From positions 13,067,263 to 13,131,262 of the forward strand of contig NC_134028.1 in the NCBI RefSeq assembly GCF_964204645.1: a stretch of 64,000 bases of DNA, in the 5' to 3' direction. Below the pieces are notes generated by a model. The model saw nothing but the letters and a program-made list of their open reading frames with translations. It did not search any database and was not told the origin of the DNA. The position numbers and the translations under genes were made by a program. Shown one piece after another: positions 24,498-37,953 of the stretch. The DNA is from Tubulanus polymorphus (lineage: Eukaryota; Animalia; Nemertea). Position 1 is the stretch's first letter. The number at the start of each line of letters is the position of its first letter.

Positions 24498-25235
24498 AAT
24501 GAATCCCAGAAAAAAGATTGTTCACTCGGAACCTTTGAAGTCGGGTCACGGCAAACAGACCATTAATATGGGATGGCCTAAAATTCATATGATGTCACAT
24601 ATCAGAGGGTGGCTGAATATTAGGTCTTGGAAACCTCTTCCAATGTTGGCCGCGGAAGTTAAAATACCGGTACCGAAGAAATCGGCTGTTAGATCGTTTT
24701 AAATCCTGGAATTTACGACTACAATATTCAGACCGACCTATACTTCTAGTTTGCTGCTTAATATTTTCAGGTAACAGAAAGTTTACAGAAATTTTCAATT
24801 TATTACAAATTCTATCAAACAGAAAACACAGCGCTCATCTTCTGCCACGATTATTCAGCCTATTTTCATGTCAAACGCGCACGCCTTACAGCTTCACCTT
24901 TAGTAGTGTACTGTACGAGCTGTAGCACTCAGATCCGCGCGCACGTGGAGGCCTCGTGTAAGTGAATGTTCGCTTACACTTCAATGACAATCAAAACAAT
25001 CACCGGGTATTAAAATGAAACAATACCTATTGCGGATGTGTGAAATAATTACATCCTCACCAGCAATGAGCATCTGAAATTCGCAAGTATACGGCACCTA
25101 GTCCAATGAAATGACGCGCGACATTCTATGGCTTTCCCATAATTATTTTAGTAGCGCCGGAATTTCCCGTATACCCCAAAAACAGCTAATTCAATTCGCT
25201 CGTTGAGACGACGCCCCCCAATCGAGGTCATTGCA
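24495..25235 (-). mobile_element. Internal fragment of HINE family 2
   Basis: Aligns to ~6773-7530 and ~34418-35177; both ends missing. Confidence 0.8.
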
Positions 25236-26184
25236 TTGAAATAGTGTGTAAATGGAAGAATAGTGGAGAACCACTGTGCCAACAGATAATGGACTGGTTG
25301 CCAGTCAAATTTTGAGTGTAAACTGGTTGCCAGTCTAAACGCACATGTATCTTCTTTACCGTACGGTGCCACTATCTGCTTTCAAACCACCTCGCCTTTT
25401 ATAGTGCACAATTGATTTCAATTGATGTTAATGTTAGAACAACAATCGTGCTAATGATAGCGGTGCCAAGTGAGCATTGTCATTCTGTAGCCATCGTCGT
25501 CAAGAATAACGATGCCAGGCCTCCCAGTGCCCCTTCCAAACCCTAGAGGACAGTTGGTAGGTTCTAAGAGGACATGATTTGAAAATTAGATGACAAAAAT
25601 TACTAAGATAATGTATCGCTAACAAATAACAAACTATGCATATTTCAATTTTCATAAAAGATTTTTGATAATTATTTTCAGGTAGTTAAATAATTGACCA
25701 AATCAAGGTTATTGCACACCAGTCATAATGCATATGATACTGATGTGGAGATATTAGATATAAAATTAAAAGGCTAACTACTGCTGGCCAGTTCAGCTGT
25801 TGTGAGCACTGAAGGTGCAAAGCACAAATGGGGGGTTTGGGGAAAATTTTGAAATTTCAAAGGGTGGCTCCGACAATATCCAAATCAATAGAAAATGTTC
25901 ATACATTGCACTTGTCAATAAATGCACTTGTCAATAAATAGTTGACAGTCCCAAGGGAGCCCTCTATAATCTTCTTATTTTTCACTCATAACAAGCACAC
26001 AGTGCCTGAATTAAATTAATGACTACTTTTGTTAAGCACGTAGACTATGCTGAATGAACTGGAGTGTGAAACCACAGATTCTAGATATGGATTTCCTGCG
26101 CAGCGTACGTTACTACAGGTATATATATCATTCATTCACCATATATATCATGAACGTAATTTATCATTATTGACCGTACCGCAA

Positions 26185-27383
26185 ACTAGGGGTCCAGGGA
26201 CACCATGCCCACTTGGGAAGTGGTTTCAAATGCTCAACAATCTAACAATTTCAATATTCAACGCCCCTGGTGACCATATACAAAAACCAATGACCTTGAA
26301 ACTCACGAGAATTATAGAACATGTCAGCAGCTACGATTTTGTAATTGATTGTGATAACAATATATGCCTCGTTACCAATTTAATATGGAAATACTAAGAT
26401 ATTCAACGCCCCTGGTGACCATGTTCAAAACCCAATAACCTTGTAACTCACCACAATCATAGAACATGTCATGAACTACAACTTTGCAATTGATCATGGT
26501 AACAAAATATGCCAAGGTACCAATATAATAAGGAAATATAAGTTATTCTACTATTCAACGCCCCCTGGTGACCATATAGAATAACTAATTTCCTTAAACT
26601 CACCACAATCATGGACGATATCATGAGCTACAACTTTGCAATTGATTTTGGTAACAAAATATGTATTGGTAAAAATATAATATTGAAATACTAAGATATT
26701 GTATAATTCAACGCCCCTGGTGGCCATATATAAAAACCAATGAACTTGAAACTCACCACAATCATAGAACACGTAACAAGCAACAACTTCCTAATTCATT
26801 GTCCTACCAAAATATGCTTAGGTATCAATATAATGTTGAAAACTTTTTCCCACCTACGAATGAGTACTGGTGACACCAAGATGGCCACCAATTGCGTCAT
26901 AATTGGCTGATCAAAAATACCTGTATCAGGGGTATAAAACATCCCTTTCCAATGAATACGCATCAGCAATTGCAATGAGAAATGGTAAACCAGTAGAAAG
27001 CTACAGGACTCGGAATTTGGGCCAAAATTGACATTTTTGGGCACTTTAAAGGTCCTAGGACGACCATCTTGAGTCCGATCGACCCAATTTTTGTTTGTCA
27101 AATATATACGAAAGATCAAGGTAATTGAACAAGGTGTCTTCAAAATTTCCCTCAAAAAGTTCAAAAACGTGTAAAAAGTGCTGATTTTGGCAAACAACAA
27201 TGGCTGCCAGTCGGCCATCTTGATTCTGACAGGGCCAGTTTTTGGGCTGAAGATGTGTCTAGGGTAGATACATGTATAAACCAAATATCAAGACATTACC
27301 TTAAAGCGTCTTCAAAACTTCCCAAAATAACTGGATGAAAAGTGAATGCAATAGCCCGCTGGGACCCCCAAGTGGACTAAAAA
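26185..27383 (-). mobile_element. HINE-like family 3 with ~150-bp internal tandem repeats
   Basis: ttcaacgcccc(c)tggtg units at 26257, 26402, 26554, 26707; ends ctaggggtccagggacacc and atagccc..gggac..tggactaaaa; copies at 36085, 37954, 62211. Confidence 0.75.
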
Positions 27384-27453
27384 CAACGCAACAAAATCGG
27401 GAAATTTCTACAGGTTGGCATGTATGCTTTTAAAGCAAAGATATATCACTTAC

Positions 27454-27573
27454 AGGATTTGGAGCCGACTGAAGACATCGCTTTACAAGTTCATCAAGAA
27501 TATTTTGCAAGACAATATGTTCTGGTGGGACTGGACCTTTTTGAACTGGAGTAACTGGCTCAGGTCTTTGTGG
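27454..27573 (-). CDS. SEC31: SEC31 exon: PQRPEPVTPVQKGPVPPEHIVLQNILDELVKRCLQSAPNP
   Basis: aatttcag acceptor, gtaagt donor, 120 bp, phase 0-0; matches SEC31A K.PIP.EH.IL..F..L..RC. Confidence 0.92.
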
Positions 27574-29324
27574 CTGAAATTATAATTTGAAGTTAATTAA
27601 ACATTATCATCCAGTCAGTTTTTGGATTTGCAGATTAAAAATACTTTTTACGGTTGTATACATCATATTTAGGGTTTTTGCTGCTCGCAGAAACCCTCTT
27701 GTAATTCTCGTGATTACTAATGTATCTCCTCTCAGATTCGACTACCAACAGCTTATAAATGTAATTTTTCAATTCTGACAGAAATAAACTTAGCGTCTGA
27801 CCGTTTCGAATTTGCGTATAGTAATTTATTACGGCTATTTGAATTACGCGGACACCCGGATACCTGGACACCTTCTCGAGAATGCGCGCTGTTTGACCAA
27901 ATTCAATGAACACTTTATTACAATTTTCAATACAAAGCCGTTCAACAATTTCATTTTGATTTTGCGAGCATGGAAAACATCGGAAATTCTTGTTTTGCTA
28001 ACTCTGTTTTGCAGTCACTAGCTGCTCTACATTTTACTTTTGACAATGTTAGGTTTACAAATGAATAGTGATTACAACCTGTAAATCCAACTATAGTTCA
28101 TACAGCACTGTCACTGGATCATATTTCAGAAACTTCTAATTAAATTTGATTCAATCCAATTCAATTCATTAATTTAGTTCACAGAAAAATCAGTGAATGT
28201 CCCAATAAAAGTGAATGCATCAGTTATCCGATTATCGGCCTATAACATGAAATCATCAATTTCATCAGCAGAATTCTAGTTCTTGATTGCGGATAAGCCT
28301 ATTCAGGTGCATTGCGCGTGTGTTTGTAATTATGAATAGTCTGCTGGAATAGACCAATAAATACTTTAAAGGTTCCAATATTGGAATAGATTCCAATAAA
28401 TACTATTGAACACAACAAACACCCCTTGGACATATTCATTTAGACATTTAGCTAGGTTAATCCCCTTCGATATATATAATTGAAAGTTAATGTCGTTAAT
28501 TTTTTTTCTTATGACAGATATACTTTCTGTGCCTTTCCGAATCATTTCAAATTTGAGAAGAGCCCTTGGTGTCGTCCATGCTAAAGGACTCGGGGATTAT
28601 TTAGATTGTAAGTATTTGTCATATCAGACGAAAAAACTTACAATATCCTTCAACGTCCTATCTTACAATGTATTATTACTTTTATGGTTTTTTAGCTGTT
28701 GGTCTTGGTAATGGGATGCAAAATGATGCGCATTCCCTTTTGCTATCGGCAATAAACGTCCTGAAAGATCATGATCCGTAAGTTAAATGAATCCTATACA
28801 AACAGTTCATAAAGCTCCCCTCTGAAAAATCTTTCTATTAACAACGTGACCTGACAAATTTAAGTTTGTTCATACACCGGTAGTCTGTTGAAAGGCTATT
28901 CTAAGATGGAGACTGTGTGAGAGTTATTGGCCCATGTTTTCATTGAACTTATAATGCTGTAATTGGTCATTAATTATTGCATTGATATGCAAGATGATTT
29001 CCAATAAAATTTGGGTCAAAATTTCACCTCCATGATATTTTATTAATGAAATTGCCTGTAAGAGATGAAATGTATTGAGGTATTGTTTGAACTTATAGGA
29101 CATTATATACTAAATTTCTGGTCAAATTAGGCCACAAAAGTAATTTCAATTTTTTTCAATTTGCATTAGTATTGCATGTTACCTATATTTATGTTATTTT
29201 AAATTGTTACAGGCATCAAATATGACCAGAAGTCTCTACTGATCTACCGGCTAGTTGGTTTCGTCAAGTCTGATCCAAACTAGTACTCCTTTAAAATTAT
29301 ACGATTAAATTTATTCTTACGAAA

Positions 29325-29366
29325 CCACAACGTTTCGGCTGTTGACTAACAGCCATCATCAGGTGG
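29325..29366 (-). ncRNA. Minimal type I hammerhead ribozyme motif, Penelope-like element type
   Basis: Minus strand ccac-CTGATGA-t-ggctgtt-agtc-aacagcc-GAAACGTT-gtgg: intact core, 7-bp stem II, ACGT minimal stem III, 4-bp stem I, AATAAA 10 nt downstream. Confidence 0.75.
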
Positions 29367-30859
29367 AATGACCAGAAAAACAAGTTACAAAGCATTTTGT
29401 AACTTGAGTCTTGAGTCTGGGTGGGTTGAAGTAGACATTGTCATTTAAAATAACATGCTTATGTTGTTCTGTATGAATTACCCGTGTGTCATGTATGTTG
29501 TATTAATTTATTTCAAAATTTGTATTTATTGAATTTGGGAATTTTATCCCGAAATTTCAATGTAATAAGGATCAATAAAGAATTGAATTGAGTTGTCACC
29601 TAATACACATGCCATCAGAGGACGCGGAGCCGTATATGATAGCTATGCTATTATAAATTGCTAATCTCACGAAACCTGCATACTCCTGATATCAAACATA
29701 TTTTCTAAAACATTTGAATATTGAAATTATACGTTTACACATTTTCATATTGACCGCTTGTAGCCGCTGATGAAATTCACGCCGGCCCTACACACATCGT
29801 AGATAGCTTCGTCATTCCACCGGCATGCCCACGTCAGGGTCTGACTTTTATATCAGACTTCCAAATCGTGTATACATCCGCCATTTAACCGAATAATCCG
29901 ATTTACTTATCATTTCTATTTATGCCTACCGCTTCTGATATAATCATACATCCTTTACTATTACAATACGTCTTCTTATGATATTCAATGCAATATAACA
30001 TTTCGACGTTCAAATATAGGTCATTATATAATCAAAGGAAGCCATTCTACATCTATGTCAATAATATTTTGCCAGATAGCTTATTTGTGTACACATAGAC
30101 CTGTGACGTTTTGCACATCGATTTACGGCTGTCGTTTGTAAAATGACGCTAAATGGTTAACATTGTTTAGGTTTCATAATGGTAACGTTTTATAAGGCGT
30201 CAAAAAATTAAACATCACATGGTCCATTCTCCCCTGGGATTATTTGCTCTCCACCTATCACATTTGATGGACCTGGACCCCTAGTTTAATAACTTGATGT
30301 GTCGGTTCTAGATTGGTTGAGTCTTTTGACCTAGTAGGTGATCCAAGATGGCTTCAATTCATACAGCCGTGGATACTCCTCATCAATAAATATTACCCTC
30401 CTCACAAGTCAAAAAAATCTTTTCAAGATTTCTTGCTATTTTCAAAGAAAATCCAAGTTTTTTCTCCAAGGCCTCATCTGTGTCACCCACTCTCAGCAAA
30501 TCATGCGTATCCCTGTTTGCCCTTGGTTTTAGTATTCGAATTACTTGTACATTCATTTCTGAGAATCCCAGTTGTAATCTATGGCTGTATGTTGTGTCTC
30601 AATTTCAGTCAATCTTCTCAGACTGATGAAACGAATGTGATAAATATTTCTTCAGACAGTGATGATATGATGGGTTCATCTGTTACTGACAATAGGTACT
30701 TGGTAATTTCGTAATAATTTATTGTGAAATAGCATTAGTCAAGAGTCGGTAAAATAAAACATCATATGGTCCATTCTGCCCGTGGATTATTTGCTCTCTG
30801 CCTACCACAATGGTATGGTGTGCTATTTGTTCTACATTGGTGACAGCTCCAACTCCTAA

Positions 30860-33117
30860 GTGTACGAAAGTGCCATATCGTGTTGCAAAATAACGCTATC
30901 TTTCTAATCGATTTAAATATTGTTCCATTCAGGGATTTAGTCAGCGATGGAAATGGCGTTTATGTCAATAATGGAAAATCCAAATTGGAAATTTTGAAAT
31001 CAGGTTCCAAATTTACAATGACAAAAGATCGGAATGTAGTTGCTAAATTAAAATTAAATAAAACCTATTACAGACATAAACATCGTATAGACTTTTCTAG
31101 AAAAATAATGTACATGACAAATAATGCGGGTTCAATTATGAATGACTGCAATAATTCAATATGGGTTTGATAACGAGGAACATATCATAACTGCAAATCC
31201 ACATGGAAATGCAAAAACATCTAACAAGCCCTATACAAAAACGAAGTCAAGCTTGATTAATAAATTAAAAGAAAACTTGTTAGGCCAATCGACTGCTTAA
31301 TCAGTTTCAGTTTCATCAGTTTTGTCAGCTGATTCAATCGCCAATTTGGTGAACCGAACAACATCATACAAGATCAAACAGTCGCACAAAGGTGTGACCC
31401 ATTATGAGGAGGAAAATGGATTGGCTTCTGTTTTGGAATTAGCAAAAGATGAATATAAAGATTTTATTGTAGATGATATGTATAAATTTTCTTCTGATCA
31501 GATTGATTTTTCACCCATTTCTATAGATCCTACTTTCAAATTCGGTAAGTTTAATGTTACGCCCATTACGTACAAAAATTTGCATGTTGTCAATAAATCT
31601 GACGGTAAATGTCCAATTTTTACAGGGCCTGTTTCGATCCATTATCGAAAAACACAAAACGACTACAATGTTTTATCTAAAACATTAGGTGAGCATTGTC
31701 AGGTCTCAGATATTATTACATTTGGAACAGATGGTGAAACTGAGCTTTTTGAATCTGCTAAAAGATATTTTTCTGATGCTACTCACCTGAGGTGTACCAG
31801 GCATTTCCGAAAAAACATTATTACAGAACTTAAGAGTTTGAGCCTTTAATCAAAAATCAAATACAGAAATTATTAACATAATTTTTGGTAATGAAACTAT
31901 AAATGGATTAATTAATTGTAATTCATTAGAAACATGTGATTTGTTGTTTCGAGAACTCGCTGATCACTGGAATGAACTAGATTGCTCAAAAATATTTTCT
32001 CAGTTCATGCAAAAGAACCTATCTGTAATTAAAAACAGCCCTTTATCCTGTATGCGCACAAATGCAGGTCTTGGACATCCTCCACCACTATTTTATACAA
32101 ATGCTTCTGAAGCTACAAACTCTCGTTTGAGGAATTGGATGCAAAATTGTGAGCATGCGCTCTGTAGTTTTATCAAATCGTTAAATAAGCTGATAAAAAG
32201 TGAAAGAGAGGAACTTTTTAGAAGTTATGCTGGTCAAAGATGAATTCAAACATGTATTATGCAAAGATCTTTTCAAATTGCCACATCCTAAGCGCATGGA
32301 CCATTTGTCCATGGTAAATTCACTGACTATGCATGAACTATATACTATCAATAATGCCCCATTTTCGAATGAATCATACATGAATTTGAGTATTTCCGTA
32401 AGTGATGCCAAGGAAAGATTTGGTCTTATGATTAATGAGTCTCTTTTATCATTTATGTGGCGAAAAGCAGACCAACTAATTTCCAGTAGCAATGCAATAG
32501 CCATAGTACCTTCGAATAACCCCTCTATCTTTAAAAAAAGGGTAGTTAGTGATAGTTCTGAACACAATAATAGTGTTACTTTATCTACTGCAAATGGACG
32601 CGGCACTTGTACTTATAAATCGTATTCATACCATTCCCTCTGCCCATAAAGCAAAAGTGCTAGCTATTCATTTACGGTGGCATAAAACATCGAAGTAGAA
32701 ATCTAACACATTTAGGATTGCAACATCTGACGTTAACTTGATGTCATGTGGAACTGAAGGTAACATTCCTAGACATAAGACACAGCAAACTACTTCGAAT
32801 GATCAACCAAATTTAAGCGAATTTTCTTTGATTTTTTTGCAAGGTCTTATTCGTAAATGTTATGGTTGAGGAAAAAGATTTAATCATGAAACAGATGATT
32901 TAATAATAAGGAAATGGGACTTTCGTTCTTTTAAGCATCCTCATTCAGGTGAATTTGTAACTAATTCACGGCCACAGAGGACTTATTATCATCTAAATGT
33001 TTGTTGTACTTGAAAAAAAAATCGATCATTTTCACCATCCTCTGTTACAGTTAGCACAGATATACAGCACATTCTGTCATCAGATCATCGGGGCAAATTC
33101 AATGACTTTTTAACTTA
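30860..33117 (+). pseudogene. Mutator-like (MULE) DDE transposase pseudogene
   Basis: IDPTF (D1), GTDGE (D2), CTRH (CxxH), YTNASE (E), SWIM-like CTYKSY..LCP; PHGN motif upstream; many stops/frameshifts. Confidence 0.85.
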
Positions 33118-33652
33118 ATACTGCTTTAATTCATTGATGCAATCACCTTGCTATTGGGGCCCCAGAAGCAAACCCCCTTTTGGGGGTGTGTCTACAGCGC
33201 TTGTGTTAGTGTAGCAATTATGTGTAAGTCGTTTTTTTTAGCATTGATACCAGGTAGGTATTCATGTGATGTACATCTTTTCATCTTTATCTATTCAGAA
33301 AATGAATAGATAAAAATGAAATTCAATTCCATTTATTTATTAAAGCTGTGTAAATTTTTGCAGACTGATTTGACTGTTCTGCGTCTCAGAATGATTTTGC
33401 TCAGTGATTTTCTCGTTCTGCTGTACTGTATTGTTTGTTTATTTTCAGGGTTCATAGTTGTCAGTACTCAATACTTTTTTAATCAAATGCGCAAACCATC
33501 AACAACTGTCATGCCAAAACTTAGTCTATACAGGCCTGTACCCAGGGGAACGCACCCACTCACTATAAAATTTTGAGCGTCACTATTTTTTGTCAAAGAA
33601 AATTTCTTGCTCACATACATATAACTATGATATAGATATAGACACTGTTATC

Positions 33653-35408
33653 AAATAAATTGCCCATGGGCAAAGTGTGGTTTACCTTGAAAGCTAGAGG
33701 TTGTTTGGAGTAAGGGCATTGCTTGAAAAATCTTTTTAATTCGTGACTTCAAAGTTCCACAAGTTTATATTGTATTTTATCTTTCTTAAAGAATTATTTT
33801 GTAGTCAAATAAGACCAAAGATATACATTTGGTTACGGTCCATGTCCAAAAGTTTGTAGGGTACAGGTAGGCGTGGCAGGGAAATTATTTTATATTTTCC
33901 AAAAAAATGTTTCACAATATGAAAAAAATAATCAAATAAGGCCATCCCAAAATAATTGTCTGTTTGCCGTAACACCGAATAAACTTTTCAGGATGAGTCG
34001 GTAGGTAAGGAAAAATTTTTTTGCTAAATTTGTGGGCAAAAAAAACAAATGTATCACCTTTTTACATGGAAACAATATCGCAAAAATCATCTACGTTGTG
34101 CACGGGAAATGTGTCTAATAGCATAGATTTTGAGAATTATTCTAAAATTATAACTTCGTCCAGAGCGTCATCTCTGTGTTAAAAATGAAACAGTACATCG
34201 AATATGTGCGCGGTTACGTTACCAGCTTTGATATAGTCACTATGAGAATGAATGGCAGCTTATTGGAACACTGCCAGTTTCCTGGAAAACTTAAATTAGG
34301 CCACATTGACAAGGCATGTTTTCACACGATGCACACTTGAATTCAAACATATATAATACGTAGCTCATACGTAGGCAGTGGGTCGGTCGGCCGTTTTTAT
34401 CAAAAATAAAATTTATTTCGATGAATCCCAGAAAAAAAGTTTTAACTCGGTACCTTTGAAGTCGGGTCGGTCGGGTTACGGCAAACAGACCATTAATATG
34501 GGATGGCCTAAAATTCATTATGATGTCACATATCAGAGGGTGGCTGAATATTGGGTCATGGAAACTTCCAATGTTGGCCGCGGAAGTTAAAATACCGGTA
34601 CAGAAGAAATCGGTTATTAGATCGTTTTAAATCCTGGAATTTACGACTACAATATTCAGACCTCGACCTATACTTTTAGTTTGCTGCTTAATATTTTCAG
34701 GTCACAAGAAATTACAATTTATTACAAATTCTATCAAACAGAAAACACAGCGCTCATTTTCTGCGCTGCTACGATTATTCAGCCTATTTTCATGTCAAAC
34801 GCGCACGCGTTACAGCATCACCTTAAGTAGTGTACTGTACGAGCTTGTGTGTGTGTCGTGTAGTGTAGCACTCTGCGCGCACAGGTGGACGCCTCGTGTA
34901 AGTGAATGTTCGCGAATGTTACACTTCAAAGTCAATCAAAACAATCACCGGGTATTAAAATCAAACAATACCTATGGCGGATGTGTGAAATAATTACATC
35001 CTCACCAGCAATGAGCATTCAAAATTCACACGTATACAGCACCTAGTCCAATGAAACGTACGCCATTCTATGGCTTTCCCATAATTATTTTAGTAGCGCC
35101 GGAATTCCCCGTATATCCCAAAAACAGCCAATCCCATTCGCTCACAAAGACGATGCCCCCCAATCGAGGTCATTGCAATTTTATACGTGAGAGCTAAGAA
35201 TTTTCCCGCCAAAAACAGTTTTTCGTAGAATTTTAACTCAGTTGACCATGTACATCGACGGAGGTTCGCCATGTCTTCAATCGCATCGATTATACGTCGT
35301 TTAAGCCGAGAACCAATGAAACAAATGCTCACATAAAAAAACATACCGCGATTTTACATGAATTGGCTCAATGCCAACCTCATATCGCTGACAAAGGTAA
35401 ACCAAAAA
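33653..35408 (-). mobile_element. HINE family 2, long form
   Basis: Near-identical to 6006-7760; perfect ttgcccatgggcaa palindrome. Confidence 0.8.
33940..34508. mobile_element. PIF/Harbinger-type MITE, TAA TSD
   Basis: taa|ggccatccca...tgggatggcc|taa. Confidence 0.8.
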
Positions 35409-35479
35409 TTTGCATGTCTCCATAAACGATGGGACACCAGTGTATGTTGTTGGATTATTAGACCTACTGATAACTTATT

Positions 35480-35987
35480 GAAAAGTTTCTGCCTTCATGG
35501 AGCAAGAAGCTACTCTATTTTAGTTTCATTCATCCCTATTTGACCTATGTAATTACATTATGGGGACATTACTCTCAAAGAAACAGTCAAAATCAATTTT
35601 CGAATTACAGAAAAACGCCATACGTTACATCGATAATGCGTCTTACAATTCTCCGTCAACACCAATTTTCAAAAAATATGAAATTCCAAAATTTGATGAT
35701 ATTATCCAAATTGAACTAAAACTAGCAAACTTGGTTACAGCTTCTCAAAACAGCTCCTGCCTGAACCCATTATGAATTTTTTTACAACTCACTCCTCAAA
35801 TCACAGGTATTATACAAGATCTCGCAATTTTCCTAAAACGATCCATCATAAAAGTACAATTTTCAACAGCTCATTCCTAAACAGGATTCCTACCATTTGG
35901 CAAATTTTAGATACTAAAATCCGAAATTCAAGAACTATCAGCTCTTTCACTCGTGCTTTTAAACACCAATTACTGAAAAAATATTAG
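35480..35987 (+). pseudogene. 3' end of a CR1/L2-type LINE ORF2
   Basis: FIHPYLTY..LW, LQKNAIRYI, PIFKKY, HRYYTRS, SF..RIPTIW..L..IR..SF..FK motifs typical of the post-RT C-terminus; frameshifted. Confidence 0.8.
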
Positions 35988-36084
35988 AACAATCATGCTT
36001 CAACCAGCATAATGCTATACATGTATATCTAATTCGTCCAATTAATTTCCATATCGCTCCATCCATTCACCCATCCATTCATAT

Positions 36085-36775
36085 CTTGATTGTGGTAGCA
36101 AAATATGCATAGGTACGAATGTAATATAGAAATACTAAGTTATTGTATTGTTCAACGCCCCCTGGTGGCCATAAACAAAAACCAATGAGCTTGAAACTCA
36201 CCTCAATCATAGAACATGTCCTGAGCTACAACTTTCCAATTGATTATGGTAGCAAAATATGCTTAAGTATCAATATGATGTGGAAAACTTTTTTCCACCT
36301 ACGAATGAGTACTGATGACCCCAAAATGGCTGCCAATTGCGTCATAATTGCCAGGTCAAAATACCCTCTCGGATATAAAAGATCCCTTTCCTAAGAATAC
36401 CCATTACAAATTGCAATGAAAAATGGCAAACCATTAGGAAGCTACAGGACTCAGAATTCAGGCCAAAATTGACATTTTTGGGAACAAAAAAGTCACAGGA
36501 CGGCCATCTTGAGTCCGATCGACCCAATTTTTCTCATGCCGATGGGCCCTTGGGAGATACAAATATATACCAATGATCAAGGTTATTGATAAAAGTGTCT
36601 TCAAAAACCCTTTCCCTCGAAAACTTCAAAAATGTGTAAAAAGTGCTGATTTTGGCGAACAACAATCGCTGCCAGTCAGCCATCTTGAATCTGACAGGGC
36701 CAGTTTTTGGCCTGAAGATGTGTCTAGGGTAGACATTACCTTGAAGCGTCGTCAAAACTTTGGAACTCTCACGAA
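36085..36775 (-). mobile_element. Partial HINE-like family 3
   Basis: Aligns to ~26640-27325. Confidence 0.75.
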
Positions 36776-37026
36776 CTATCTAGATGGTTATCTCTCGACC
36801 TCAATAGCTTCAAGACCCATCTCAAAACAACTTTGTTCCATGCAGCATACCATTAACTCTCACTATATATATCTTAACTTTATATATATATTCTCCTCAC
36901 GATTCCCTTCTTTCTAAGTATAATACTTCATGCCTTGCCAAACATTAATTAGTAACTCACTCACCAATTTACTAAATTAACCTGTTCTCCTCTGTATACA
37001 TACCCCCATTTTTAGTCTATATCTCA

Positions 37027-37067
37027 CATCTGACGATAATCTCTAGGGCGAGATCGAAACATCGTGT
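37027..37067 (+). ncRNA. Degenerate Penelope-type hammerhead motif
   Basis: acat-CTGACGA-ta-atctc-tagggc-gagat-c-GAAACATC-gtgt, AATAAA at ~37093; stem III mismatch (ACAT instead of ACGT). Confidence 0.45.
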
Positions 37068-37501
37068 TTTTACATTTTGGATTGTTTCAACAAATAAATT
37101 CTCGATTTTAGATTTCTTTTAATTTGTAAATAGTGGGTTTTTTATCTTATCATCTGTTCACCACGTTTGAGTGTGGCTATAGTACTTTTAATTTGATGTT
37201 GTTTCTGATGGAACCAATAACTGACAGACACCGGTACAGACGACAAATGAAAAGTGAACGCAAAACTGACTGGGCAAAAATGGCTTTATGTCATCTTAGA
37301 TCTTGGTCCATGGATGATTGGTGCCAGGTTCTATCTTAATATTTAAATGGATCTTGACACAATTTGCCAACTGTGACCAATTCTGGAAAGTGGTCGGTGG
37401 GTGAATCAATCGTAGGACAAGAAGGGATTGACGGAAATATGGTCCTTCTCCCCTACTGACTGTAATATTGCTGTACTGTAAGATGAAAAATGGAGTTTTA
37501 C

Positions 37502-37651
37502 CTTTTCTGCCTGCTGGTGAACTTGGGGGCTATACATTGTGGCAGGTGTTCCATTATAAGCCATCTGACCACCAGGCATGCCATGAGTTGGTGCTTCTGA
37601 TATTTCTGGGTTGAATATGGGCATAGTAATAGGGTCATATGCTGACGCTTG
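37502..37651 (-). CDS. SEC31: SEC31 exon, proline-rich region: QASAYDPITMPIFNPEISEAP..VHQQAEK
   Basis: ttctttgctttcag acceptor, gtaaaa donor, 150 bp, phase 0-0; PIT.PI.NP motif follows WNDPP in SEC31. Confidence 0.85.
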
Positions 37652-37953
37652 CTGAAAGCAAAGAATATTGATAGCAAATACGATATGTTATGAAATATTT
37701 CAGTGTCTAAGGGATTAAATAATTGGATTAACTCCAGTGCTGTCAACCTTTTCACTTTCAAATTCAGGAAGCCCATAGCTTGTTTTCATATCATCAGTAG
37801 TTCAAGGAGTAACATTAAAATAACACTCGCATATATTGAAACAATTATATTTCAGCTTAATATATATACTGTAATACCATCTGGACTAATACATTCCCTA
37901 GCTAATTTGAATTATTTGTTTCCACTTCAAAAATAATTATAACAATTATCTAA

